Positions 17,746 through 26,860 of a stretch of 64,000 bases of DNA are shown one piece after another. This stretch comes from a virus. Its lineage: Duplodnaviria > Caudoviricetes. The stretch lies in IMG/VR virus record IMGVR_UViG_3300023435_000009, one strand, 5' to 3'. The position numbers and the translations under genes were made by a program. The notes under the pieces were generated by a model, which did not search any database, was not told the origin of the DNA, and saw only the letters and a program-made list of their open reading frames with translations. The first letter of the stretch is position 1; the number at the start of each line of letters is the position of its first letter.

Positions 17746-18922
17746 TGATACCATTTTGTGCGCCTGCGGTTGTGGTACAGTTATCACAAGGCTTGGACTA
17801 AATGGGAAACCCCGGAAGTACAAACAGGGGCATCAGTGTTTAGGACGGAAGATTATCAAAGATGAGCGGTACTGGGGGATCAGACTTCGAAAATTGCACA
17901 CTAGAGCATCCTTATGTTTGTGCGGTTGTGGAGAGAAAGTGTTGGTGTCAATGAGATGGCTCAAAGAACAATCACAACGGGGGGACCGAAAAAAACGTTC
18001 TGTGTGGTTGCCGAAGTATAAAGAGGGGCATATGCCCCTGACTTATTGTGCCTGTGGTTGTGGGACTTTGATCCCTTCCATGGATTCGAGGAATCATAAG
18101 CGTTCTTTTGTTCCAGGTCACGCTGGGTTTTTGAAGAAAGGGATTGATGTCGTAAATTGGAAAAAACGCAAAGATGAGTGGGGTAAGGCTGCTCCTTTTT
18201 GTGCCTGTGGTTGTGGCGTGCAATTGAAACGTACTGAGAAACAGCTTAGGAGTCATATCCCAGATGCTAAGTATCTATCAGGACATGGGACTCGGAGGGG
18301 TTGTGTTCTTAAGTTGACTCAACAAGAAGAGTCCATTGTTTATGGGTGTCTCTTGGGGGACTTTTCGATCACCATTCCGAAAAAGACGGCCAGACTCGGT
18401 TTCACACATTGCATAGCGCAGAAATTGTATGCCTTACATAAAATAGAAATCTTAAAGAGACTGAGTTGGTGGTGGTGTGAGTTTGAAAGCGGGGGGTATA
18501 AGAAGGGAGGGGGCATGATTAGGGGTACCTCTGCATGTATGCCCATCTTGAATTCGGTTTGGGAAACGGTAAGGCCCTTTGGAGAGGGGAAGCAGGTGAC
18601 CTCTCAATGGCTGGACCACATCGATGAGCGTGCCCTAGCCTATTGGTATATGGATGACGGTTCCTGTGGTGTCCGTTTGGTAGATGGGAGCCCCGCTAGT
18701 TTATCGCTGCATACAGAAGGATTCACAGAGTCTGAAAACTTGTTGTTGGCAAGTTGGTTGCGCCACAAAGGGTATAGGGGGGCTAAAGTAGCCCCAACGA
18801 GAGGGTACTTTTATTTGTATCTCCCAAAATTTGCGGCTAGGAAATTTCTGGCCGATGTTTCTCCTTTTGTCCATTCCTCCATGGGATACAAGTTAGGGGC
18901 AGTGGATGGCACGACTAATTAA
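17738..18922 (+). CDS. Free-standing LAGLIDADG homing endonuclease with N-terminal CxCGCG repeats
   Basis: IVYGCLLGDFSI and ALAYWYMDDGS motifs; four CxCGCG...GH repeats; AT-rich; overlaps both dnaX halves. Confidence 0.85.
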   Translation: MGDDTILCACGCGTVITRLGLNGKPRKYKQGHQCLGRKIIKDERYWGIRLRKLHTRASLCLCGCGEKVLVSMRWLKEQSQRGDRKKRSVWLPKYKEGHMPLTYCACGCGTLIPSMDSRNHKRSFVPGHAGFLKKGIDVVNWKKRKDEWGKAAPFCACGCGVQLKRTEKQLRSHIPDAKYLSGHGTRRGCVLKLTQQEESIVYGCLLGDFSITIPKKTARLGFTHCIAQKLYALHKIEILKRLSWWWCEFESGGYKKGGGMIRGTSACMPILNSVWETVRPFGEGKQVTSQWLDHIDERALAYWYMDDGSCGVRLVDGSPASLSLHTEGFTESENLLLASWLRHKGYRGAKVAPTRGYFYLYLPKFAARKFLADVSPFVHSSMGYKLGAVDGTTN

Positions 18923-19028
18923 AAGAGTTGTTGGTGGGGAGCAGATTGTTTTTGATGTGACTACTGAACCTTGTCATAGTTTTTTTGCCTTCAGTGGGGG
19001 GGTGGAAGCTGGGATTTTGGTTCACAAT
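18906..19028 (+). mobile_element. Split intein, C-fragment (41 aa)
   Basis: Basic N-terminus, block F VFDVT, block G HN, +1 Ser at 19029. Confidence 0.85.
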
Positions 19029-20039
19029 AGTCACCAACTTTCTTCACAGGCACTTGATGCTTTGCTCAAACCCCTGGAGGAGAACTTCGAGGACACCCCG
19101 GAGAAGAAACTCGTCTGCATTTTTTGTACGACGGAACCTGAGAAGATGCGGGCCACCATTTTCAGTCGTTGTGCTCCCGCCTTCATCATCCAGCCGGTGA
19201 ATCCTGTCGAGGTTGCTGGGCGGTTGACGATGGTGTGTGACAAGGAGCAGATAGAGTACGAGCCGGAAATGCTGCTGGCTCTGGCCGAGATGACGGAGTG
19301 TCACATCAGGGATGCTTTGAAGGCTGTAGAGGGTATCTCCATGTTGGGGGGTATCACACGGGAGAACGTCATCTCCTATCTCCATCTGGACTTGAATAGT
19401 TCCTACCTGGATGTCCTTGAGGCGTTGGGCACGGACCTGGGGAAGGCTATGGAAACAGCCCATCAGATCCTTCTCCAGACTTCGCCCGCCATCTGCTACA
19501 AGAAGCTGGCCGAGACTGCGATGATGGCCTTTGCGTCCACTCTGGGAAACTCCCACATTCCGGTTTACCTGGATGTGGATCGGGTCCGAGCATTAGGGAA
19601 AAGTCAGGGGAATCAGCTTCTGGGGGTGGCCTCCCGGTTGGCCTCCCGACCGATGCGCCCCACAGAAGCGATGCTTCTCTGTGACCTTGGGGTTTTGCAC
19701 CACGGCGGCGGGGCCATTGGGAATGCTCCGGTGGTATTCATGCCCCAAGGTGCTGTCCCCAAAGAGGGGGTCGTGGTTACCCCTGAGCCAAAAACCTCTG
19801 TCCCCTCTACCCCTTCCAGGGGTACACTGGAAGCAGTTGTGATGCGGAGTGGTGAACCTGTGGTGGGGCGAGGGGCCGTCAATGATGGTACCGTACCTGA
19901 TGCATCCAAGAGGAAAGCATTCGTTACCGAAGGACTTGATGTCACTGAATTCGCTCAGATGTTGGGCCGAGCCCTACAAGACGAACTGAAAAGGGTATCC
20001 GTTGGATCAACGAGACACTCAGACGTGGGTGGCAATTGA
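18906..20039 (+). CDS. dnaX: Split-intein C-fragment fused to the DnaX C-terminal part
   Basis: MARLIKR...VFDVTTEPCHSFF...ILVHN then SHQLSSQALDALLKPLEE, FCTTEPEKMRATIFSRC, CHIRDAL. Confidence 0.9.
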   Translation: MARLIKRVVGGEQIVFDVTTEPCHSFFAFSGGVEAGILVHNSHQLSSQALDALLKPLEENFEDTPEKKLVCIFCTTEPEKMRATIFSRCAPAFIIQPVNPVEVAGRLTMVCDKEQIEYEPEMLLALAEMTECHIRDALKAVEGISMLGGITRENVISYLHLDLNSSYLDVLEALGTDLGKAMETAHQILLQTSPAICYKKLAETAMMAFASTLGNSHIPVYLDVDRVRALGKSQGNQLLGVASRLASRPMRPTEAMLLCDLGVLHHGGGAIGNAPVVFMPQGAVPKEGVVVTPEPKTSVPSTPSRGTLEAVVMRSGEPVVGRGAVNDGTVPDASKRKAFVTEGLDVTEFAQMLGRALQDELKRVSVGSTRHSDVGGN

Positions 20040-20562
20040 ACTTTCTCACCTTGGTGAGGAGAAGGTCCAAGACGGAACTCTTGTAGGCACCCTCCGCCAA
20101 GACCTTGGTGCAGGGGATGACTTCCCTATTTTCATTCCTGCAGCATCCTATCCCAAAGGTCGTAGACGTGTGACCCTTCTCCTGATGGAGGGTTATGTTT
20201 TTGTCGCTTCGGGACTTCCCGACACCAAGTATTTCGAACTGGAGAAACGTCCTTACATTGCACTGGTGATGTCCACGGTAAGTGGGGAGCATCAGATGCG
20301 TGCCGTGACAACGATCCCGAACAGCACAGTGGAGGATCTTCGGCAACAGCTACGGCAAATGGTGTCCTCTGACATCCCTTTGGATGCACGGGTTAGAGTT
20401 ACGGATGGTTCCTACCGAAATCTAGAGGGGATTGTCCGTGGGCTGACTAGGGGATATGCCTTCGTGGAGATTCATTTGCGTTCCTTAGAGGTTGTCGCCA
20501 CAATACCCTGTGTGATGTTGGAGGCTCTCGACCCACTTGCTGAAGAGGATAAAGGTCGGTAG
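20002..20562 (+). CDS. nusG: NusG/RfaH-family transcription elongation factor
   Basis: NGN-like TWVAIEL...LLMEGYVFV...VTTIPNSTVEDL; KOW RVRVTDGSYRNLEGIV...AFVEIHL. Confidence 0.75.
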   Translation: MDQRDTQTWVAIELSHLGEEKVQDGTLVGTLRQDLGAGDDFPIFIPAASYPKGRRRVTLLLMEGYVFVASGLPDTKYFELEKRPYIALVMSTVSGEHQMRAVTTIPNSTVEDLRQQLRQMVSSDIPLDARVRVTDGSYRNLEGIVRGLTRGYAFVEIHLRSLEVVATIPCVMLEALDPLAEEDKGR

Positions 20563-20621
20563 TATTCTTTTTGAGCTTCTCGGACTTTTTGAGCTGCACT
20601 ACAATCTGCGATGAGGTTGTG

Positions 20622-21224
20622 ATGGCTTGGTCCGGGCAATGCATTTTAGATCCCTCAGAGATCGAAGCCAGGTTTGGGGAAGATCTCGGCCTCGCTCATT
20701 TTGATCGCATCACGGAAGACACTACTGAAGAGGATCAGGCCCAGCTTGATCATGTCCGAGCCGTGATGGATCAACTCCCGCCTCGGGAGGCCGACTTTGT
20801 AGACCTCTACTACTTCAAGAAACTGAAGCAGACCGACATCGCTATGATCTTCGGGGTGAGTCAGCCCACCGTCTGTTACCGCCTTGCTCGTGCCGCTGAC
20901 CGTATCCGTTTCCTCCTCAATCTCCCCCAGGTGGAGCGGGAGGAGATGACCAAAGATCTAGCCAGCTATTTTTCGGATACCCTGGATGTGCAGATAATGG
21001 TTTTAATGTGGGAGACCACTTGTCAGAGTGAGGTGGCGAAGATGCTGGGGGTAACCCAGGGCCTCGTCCGGCACAGGTTCATGCGGACGCTGGCCAAAAT
21101 GCGGTCCCACCCTAAGTTCCTCCGGTACGTTGCCCTCTTCGATTACATCTCAGCCAACCTCAACATCCTGCGAGAGGTTCAGCGTCCTCTGTGGAACGAC
21201 AAACTGCTGCGCTGCATCCAATAG
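20622..21224 (+). CDS. Sigma70 region-4-like protein with tandem HTH domains and no region 2
   Basis: LPPREADFVDLYYFKKLKQTDIAMIFGVSQPTVCYRLARA and a second HTH CQSEVAKMLGVTQGLVRHRFMR. Confidence 0.65.
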   Translation: MAWSGQCILDPSEIEARFGEDLGLAHFDRITEDTTEEDQAQLDHVRAVMDQLPPREADFVDLYYFKKLKQTDIAMIFGVSQPTVCYRLARAADRIRFLLNLPQVEREEMTKDLASYFSDTLDVQIMVLMWETTCQSEVAKMLGVTQGLVRHRFMRTLAKMRSHPKFLRYVALFDYISANLNILREVQRPLWNDKLLRCIQ

Positions 21225-21286
21225 AGCGCTCCCGTTTGTCTGCCTATGAGTGATCTGTGTTGGGAGCTTCCTAAGGAGGGATCTCA

Positions 21287-21592
21287 GTGCCTACGGAAGA
21301 GAAACAGATTGTCATGGCAAAGACGCTGGCCCGGCGTTGGTTGGGCAAGGTGGCGTCTGCGGAATACCGTGTCCGAGTCATGTATAGCTCAAGGGAATAC
21401 CGAAATCTTCCGAACCTTCTCAGGGCTTTCAGGGACGGCAAGGTCAGAATCGCAGGGTTGGCACCAGTCAAGGATATGGGCATTCGGGACGAGTTTGACT
21501 TTGTAGAGGTGTGGTCTAGGGACCATGCCGGTCTCCTCCGGCTGGGCCAGTGGTTTGAGAAACAGGGCTTTGATACAACGGGGATCTGGTAA
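21287..21592 (+). CDS. Hypothetical late protein with an LARRWL/KVA motif
   Basis: RBS aaggaggg; MAKTLARRWLGKVASA. Confidence 0.6.
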   Translation: MPTEEKQIVMAKTLARRWLGKVASAEYRVRVMYSSREYRNLPNLLRAFRDGKVRIAGLAPVKDMGIRDEFDFVEVWSRDHAGLLRLGQWFEKQGFDTTGIW

Positions 21593-22275
21593 TGGCAGGA
21601 ATCCAGGAACAAGCCGTTTACACCTTCTCCACCACGGCTGGCGGGGCAACCTACCAGTACGACATCATTGTGGACTCCCAGGGTCTCATCTCCGCTCGGA
21701 ACTTCCGAACTCCGTTGGGGTTGATCGTTGATCCCTACACCACACTGCCCGCAATGGTTCTGGAGGACGTCTACAACGCCCAGGACCAGATCACTCAGCG
21801 GGCGACGACGGCAGAGGTGTCCAGCGGGACGCTGACCTGGGCGGGGGAAACCACCCTGCCCATAGTCATTGCCGGGGGCGTCCTCAACAATACTAACTAC
21901 CGTGTGGTCTACACCACCCCCGATGGGACGCCCTTACAGACCACAGGCAAGACCATCACGGGTTGTACCGCCGAGGCCCCCGCAGCCTACGGGACGGCAC
22001 TCGTACCGATCTCGGTGCCCTACACGGTCCTGGTGGCCACGGCCAGCGTCAGCACCTACGGGGGCACGACGACAATCCTGGCGGCGGATAGCGGCGCTGT
22101 GACGATCACTTTTCCCGTTGCAATGACGACCGAAAACTATCGAGTCGTGCTGACGCCCAACGGCATCTTCCCGGTGTACATCTCGGCCCAGACTAAGGCG
22201 AGCTTCACGATCCAGGTGGGCTACACGATGGTGGTGTTGAGTTCCGTAACCGTTGGTTATGACGTGTTTGTATAG
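21592..22275 (+). CDS. Putative virion structural protein (beta-rich, T/V/A-rich)
   Basis: Two similar beta modules (NNTNYRVVYT / TTENYRVVLT); composition typical of tail or head decoration proteins. Confidence 0.5.
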   Translation: MAGIQEQAVYTFSTTAGGATYQYDIIVDSQGLISARNFRTPLGLIVDPYTTLPAMVLEDVYNAQDQITQRATTAEVSSGTLTWAGETTLPIVIAGGVLNNTNYRVVYTTPDGTPLQTTGKTITGCTAEAPAAYGTALVPISVPYTVLVATASVSTYGGTTTILAADSGAVTITFPVAMTTENYRVVLTPNGIFPVYISAQTKASFTIQVGYTMVVLSSVTVGYDVFV

Positions 22276-22278
22276 GAG

Positions 22279-22524
22279 ATGACGATGATGACTGAACTAG
22301 AACAAGCGTGGGGTCGGACGATGGTAGCAGCTCTGCCGGTGCCCACCTCAGATGTCCGTAGCAACTACCACCAGATGTCTGACGGTGTGTCTGGTCTGGT
22401 AGACGTTGTTGATGCTGATCCGGTACTTCGTCGGGACCGGCGGTTGCAGGTTTTCATGGAGAAGTTGGTGTCGGCGGAGACACATCTGCGCCGACACCTT
22501 GACCGTTATTATCAGTGGGACTGA
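22279..22524 (+). CDS. Hypothetical protein
   Basis: RBS aggag; in operon. Confidence 0.55.
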   Translation: MTMMTELEQAWGRTMVAALPVPTSDVRSNYHQMSDGVSGLVDVVDADPVLRRDRRLQVFMEKLVSAETHLRRHLDRYYQWD

Positions 22525-22580
22525 GCAATGGGGCCTACCACAGAGGTGGCCACTACGTTTGGATTTTTGAGGGGTAACCA

Positions 22581-23843
22581 ATGGCTCAAGACCCTATACT
22601 GCTAGATCAGATTCAGATCGAACCGGGTAGTGCCGGGACGAGGCTTATCCGCATGGCTGCGGACGGGTCACTGGAGTTCGTGGACGCTCTCGTAACCGGC
22701 GGCATCACCGTGATGCAACTGGCCGGACTCAAGTCCATGCAGAACGTGCTGGTCGTGGGCAAGGCCGGAGCGGGTGCTGGGTATAACACGATCCAGGCAG
22801 CCCTGGACCTGATCCCCGCATCCAGCAGTCCCAGCAACCCTTACTATGTGCTAGTCGGACCGGGGCAGTACCGGGAGACCATCAACATCGCCCGGAACGG
22901 CGTCTACATCATCGGGTTCGGTGCCGTGCTCCAGTCGCTGGAGGAAGCCACCCCGGATGGTCCTGGGGCCTATCACACGGTTGTGATTCAGGCTGCCCTG
23001 GGGACAATCCCTCAGTTAGTTGTCCTACAGAACCTGGAGATCACCAACGTCCACGCCACCTATGCTGCCGTCCGGGTGGTTGGTGGGGCAGCCTCCACCG
23101 TAGGATCCGAAGGGATCAATCTAGTGGACTGCAAGCTGGCGGCGAATTCAGCGGTGGGGAACCATCCGCTGTGGGCCACGGCATCCAACATCATCCGCAT
23201 GCAGGGCGGCTCTATGTCCGACCCGAACGGCCTCGGTTTGACCGTGATCGAGGAGTGTTCCGAGGTGACCTTGTCCGGGGTGCTGACACCCGCACCGATT
23301 TCCTGTCGGTGGGTCACAACCAACCCGGTGCCCCTTCAGGCGCACGTGGGTCATTTCATCAACGCCTGCCCCCGCCTGGGTGTGGGTACGTCCCTGAGTC
23401 CTCTCGTTGCATTGACGACCTCGGCAGCCCCGAACGAGGGGAACCTCGTGATGTCCGGCGTGGCCGAGGATGTGAAACCCATCAGCATCGAGGTCACCAA
23501 CGGGACGGCCAAGTTGGTGGGGTGCAGTGTCGGTTCTGTTCTGTGTACGGGTGGTGAGGTGTCCCTGGAGCACACCCATGTGGCGAGTATGCTGACGGCT
23601 TCCTCGGGCACGATTGGACGGGAGCGGACGTTCGGCATCGAGGCGTTCGCCGGGGTGGCCACCAAGACGGTCACGTTCACGGCAGAGGCCCCGAGTGCGA
23701 ACTACAACGTAATGTTGGAAACGGACAGCGGCCCAACGAATCCGGGGCCTTGGATCGAGTCCAAGACAGCAACGGGATTCGAGATTCATTTCGCAGGGGT
23801 CGAGACGCTGGCCGTCAACTGGACGGCGCAGCACAACGATTAG
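22581..23843 (+). CDS. Pectin-lyase-like beta-helix protein (tailspike/fibre-like)
   Basis: VVGKAGAGAGYNTIQAALDLIP...VLVGPGQYRETINI beta-helix cap motif; C-terminal module similar to the 21592 ORF. Confidence 0.55.
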   Translation: MAQDPILLDQIQIEPGSAGTRLIRMAADGSLEFVDALVTGGITVMQLAGLKSMQNVLVVGKAGAGAGYNTIQAALDLIPASSSPSNPYYVLVGPGQYRETINIARNGVYIIGFGAVLQSLEEATPDGPGAYHTVVIQAALGTIPQLVVLQNLEITNVHATYAAVRVVGGAASTVGSEGINLVDCKLAANSAVGNHPLWATASNIIRMQGGSMSDPNGLGLTVIEECSEVTLSGVLTPAPISCRWVTTNPVPLQAHVGHFINACPRLGVGTSLSPLVALTTSAAPNEGNLVMSGVAEDVKPISIEVTNGTAKLVGCSVGSVLCTGGEVSLEHTHVASMLTASSGTIGRERTFGIEAFAGVATKTVTFTAEAPSANYNVMLETDSGPTNPGPWIESKTATGFEIHFAGVETLAVNWTAQHND

Positions 23844-23869
23844 GAGCTTCCTGAAGGATGAATAGGAGT

Positions 23870-24068
23870 GTTCATAAATGAGCTTCGAGACTAAGCTGGT
23901 TGTAAGCCGATCTTCAGCGGTGAGTTTGTTCAGCTATCTGTCCCCGGTAAGCACCTCCAGATGTGCTCAGTCGGGAGTTCTGCGGGCGGAGGAGAATGTT
24001 CGATTCCGCACTAAGAGACGGGGCGCAGTTTGTCGAGAGCAACAATTTCCCTTCGGGAGGTGTCTTAA
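23870..24068 (+). ncRNA. Putative omegaRNA scaffold
   Basis: About 200-nt non-coding leader with hairpins (agctt-cgagact-aagct) and segments (agcacctccagatgtgctcagtcgggag; tttgtcgagagc) resembling IscB omegaRNAs as I recall them; position is canonical. Confidence 0.6.
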
Positions 24069-25262
24069 ATGACACAGAAAGTCTTTGTGATTGACACTGA
24101 CGGGAGGCAGTTACTTCCCACTCACCCAGCACGCTCTAGGAAACTACTGCAAGCTGGTCGTGCTCAGGTACATCAAGTGGTACCCTTTACGATCCAGCTA
24201 ACCCGTGTCGTTGAGGATCCTGTTGGAGCCTTCACTGTTGGTGTTGACGACGGAGCGAAACACGTTGGCATAGCGATGGTAAACGAGCACACCAAGGAAG
24301 TAGTCTTCAGGGGTACCGTCCGGTTACGTCAGGATGTTAAGCGAAAAATGACACAACGGGCAGCGTATAGACGAACGAGGAGAAGTCGGAAGCTCCGACA
24401 TCGTCCAGCTCGATTCCTGAACCGAGGAAGGAAGGGTTTTTTGCCCCCCACTATTCGTCAGAAGAAGGACAGTATACTTCGGGTGATCAGAGATCTTGGG
24501 AAGGTTCTTCACATTACCAAGGCCGTTGTTGAAGAGGGACAGTTTGACATCAGCAGCCTAGCTGCAGGCAGGAAGTTGGTTGGTGCAGAGTTCCAACAGT
24601 CGGAATACGAGGGTCGGAACTTTCGAGCCAAGGTGCTCTGGCGGGATCGCTACAAATGCACACGTTGTGGTTTTACCGAGTGGCTCCAAGCACATCATGT
24701 CAAACCTAAAAGTGTGGGCGGTGGGAATTCTCCGAACAACGGCCTTACCTTGTGTAGAACTTGCCACAAGGAACTTCATGATGGGTTGTGGGCGTTAACT
24801 GCTAAACCCAAGCGGTTCCTTTATCCTGCCCATTTGCAAGCAGGAAAGAAGTACCTGCGGGAAGGGTTGTGTTCATGCGGGCTTGCCGTGAGCACTTGTT
24901 GTGGATGGATGACTAAGTTATGGCGTGACTTCATAGGGCTGCCCAAGGCGCACGATTTCGATGCTGTAGCGATGGTGTGCCGGAGTTACATGCCAAAGAT
25001 AGTGAAAGGGGCGTTCACTATTATCCCTCGTCGAACTAAGGTGTGGGAAGGCAATCCGACGAAGAAGTGCCATGAACGTAGAGGGTTTCGTCATTGGGAT
25101 TTGGTAAAGGCTAGTCATCGTACCCGTGGGATCGTTGTAGGGTCGGTACGGAGTTTAAAGAAGGCACGTTTAACTTTACGTACTGGATGGGACATTAATT
25201 TTCCCGTGTCTTACAGGAAAACACAGTTGCTATGGCGACCAAAAGGTCTGGTGTACATAAGT
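23870..25262 (+). mobile_element. IS200/IS605-superfamily IscB element (non-autonomous, no tnpA)
   Basis: omegaRNA-like leader plus iscB; ends are approximate and share an AGT microhomology (23867-23869 and 25260-25262). Confidence 0.6.
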
Positions 25263-25295
25263 ACGCTTGGGCTTCCCTGTCCAAGAGCCCTATAG
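24069..25295 (+). CDS. iscB: IscB RNA-guided endonuclease
   Basis: PLMP-like (LLPTHPARSRKLL...PFTIQL), RuvC-I VGVDDGAKHVGIA, bridge helix RRTRRSRKLRHRPARFLNR, RuvC-II VVEEGQFD, HNH AHHVKP...NNGLTLCRTCH, RuvC-III AHDFDAVAM. Confidence 0.93.
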   Translation: MTQKVFVIDTDGRQLLPTHPARSRKLLQAGRAQVHQVVPFTIQLTRVVEDPVGAFTVGVDDGAKHVGIAMVNEHTKEVVFRGTVRLRQDVKRKMTQRAAYRRTRRSRKLRHRPARFLNRGRKGFLPPTIRQKKDSILRVIRDLGKVLHITKAVVEEGQFDISSLAAGRKLVGAEFQQSEYEGRNFRAKVLWRDRYKCTRCGFTEWLQAHHVKPKSVGGGNSPNNGLTLCRTCHKELHDGLWALTAKPKRFLYPAHLQAGKKYLREGLCSCGLAVSTCCGWMTKLWRDFIGLPKAHDFDAVAMVCRSYMPKIVKGAFTIIPRRTKVWEGNPTKKCHERRGFRHWDLVKASHRTRGIVVGSVRSLKKARLTLRTGWDINFPVSYRKTQLLWRPKGLVYISTLGLPCPRAL

Positions 25296-25304
25296 GAGGA
25301 CGCC

Positions 25305-25871
25305 ATGAGTGGAGACTTCTGGGAAGAGATGAAGAGTGCCTACGTTGTAGGCTCATCCCTGGATGAGTACCTGGGAGATGGACGCCCCTTCGAGGGGGGT
25401 CACTACACATCGGTACGTACTCTAACGGACTCCTACAGGGAGGCCAATGCCCTAATCCTCCCCGTGGACGCCGGGACCAGGGTCAAATTCCTTGCTAACT
25501 TTGGTTCCGTGATGAGCTACGATGATTTCCCCAGCCCGAAGATTGACGGCACCGTCGTGACGGTCAAGACGGGGACGGGTGTCACGACAGCGCACGAGGG
25601 CCGGGTTTTCGTCCTGTGGGATGATGGGAAGTTCCGACCCATCATGGCAGAGCATCTCCGTCCCGCTGGGGTGACATCCAAGCGAGGGAACGCCGTGAGG
25701 ATGGTTGTGGCCGACCTTGGGGATATCGCTTCCTTCTTCACTCCCGTGACAGGGAGCAGGGACGAGTTGGTTCACAAGGCTACCAAGGATCTCTGGTCCT
25801 TCCGTGAGGACGGAGGCCAGTTCGTGATCGAGCGGCTATTCAATGACAGTGGCGACCCACTGAAGGTGTAG
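25305..25871 (+). CDS. Hypothetical late protein
   Basis: RBS aggagg; native codon usage. Confidence 0.65.
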   Translation: MSGDFWEEMKSAYVVGSSLDEYLGDGRPFEGGHYTSVRTLTDSYREANALILPVDAGTRVKFLANFGSVMSYDDFPSPKIDGTVVTVKTGTGVTTAHEGRVFVLWDDGKFRPIMAEHLRPAGVTSKRGNAVRMVVADLGDIASFFTPVTGSRDELVHKATKDLWSFREDGGQFVIERLFNDSGDPLKV

Positions 25872-26860
25872 TGATGAAGAAGGACAGACTGGGAACCAAG
25901 TGGGTATTCAACGTGTACCCAGGCCGAATGGGGGTCGTGTACGGTGCCAGGGTAGACGACGAGCCCATCAGAATCGCTCTCGATGATGGTGGCGTTGGTT
26001 GGCGACTTGACTACGGTGGACTGATGGCCCGGATGGGTGGTCCGTGGGAAGCTCTGACCTGTGACGTCTATGACACCCCCCAGGAAGCGGCCAAGGTGTT
26101 GGCAAGGATGCACCAGAGTGGGGCGCTTGATAGACGTCTACGCAGGGCGTCCTTGGAGAAGCAGTGGGGGCCGACAGCCGCTGTCCACAAAGAGGCCAAC
26201 TCGGGATACGACGTCCTGATGACTGTTCTTGACTTGAACTCCTCGGCATACCTGAAGATGCACTCCTCAATTGGGAAGGACGACGAGCAGTCCGCCGATC
26301 TTCTACAGGATGTGATGTCCAAGCTTTCCGATGAGTTGGAGATCTCCAACCGAGCAGAGGGTGCCCTGACCCGGATTCAGGGTGTTGTCAAGAACCATAA
26401 GCACTGGAGTCCTGACCTTCTTCGCAACAACATTTTCAAGGCTGCCAACTCCCTTGGGATACATCTCCCCAGCGGGATGTTCGCCTCCGAGGTTGTGTCC
26501 GCTGTCCATAAGTTGAAGAAGGATCTCAAGGTCAAGAACGGCGACGCTATCCCGATGGGTGTGCGTGTCAAGGTGAAGTTCCTGGGCCGACACAACCGAG
26601 AGGGCAGCCAAGCCTGTCTGGTGGCCGCCAACTGGACAAGCCAGGAGTCAGGGCGTGACTATACACTAGACCCGGTGAAGCTGCGTATCGTGTCCCTTCC
26701 CAAGTTTGTGACGGGTTTCAAGATCCCCTCCATCAGTTCGATGCAGCGACTGGAGGAACAGAAGGGGGTTTCTCTGACCCCAACTGGAAAGAGGGTCGAA
26801 CCTGACGGTTACGGCCCTGATGATTCCCCCAGTTGGATGCTGGTGCTGGGGTATGTTTAA
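25871..26860 (+). CDS. Multi-module hypothetical protein
   Basis: Coupled to the previous gene; C-terminal TPTGKRVEPDGYGPDDSPSWMLVLG module. Confidence 0.6.
   Translation: MMKKDRLGTKWVFNVYPGRMGVVYGARVDDEPIRIALDDGGVGWRLDYGGLMARMGGPWEALTCDVYDTPQEAAKVLARMHQSGALDRRLRRASLEKQWGPTAAVHKEANSGYDVLMTVLDLNSSAYLKMHSSIGKDDEQSADLLQDVMSKLSDELEISNRAEGALTRIQGVVKNHKHWSPDLLRNNIFKAANSLGIHLPSGMFASEVVSAVHKLKKDLKVKNGDAIPMGVRVKVKFLGRHNREGSQACLVAANWTSQESGRDYTLDPVKLRIVSLPKFVTGFKIPSISSMQRLEEQKGVSLTPTGKRVEPDGYGPDDSPSWMLVLGYV

Noticed and set aside
17044-20039. dnaX as a frameshifted pseudogene, or as a gamma/tau programmed frameshift
   Set aside because: Both halves have intact motifs, split-intein termini and their own starts; no slippery-site explanation is needed.
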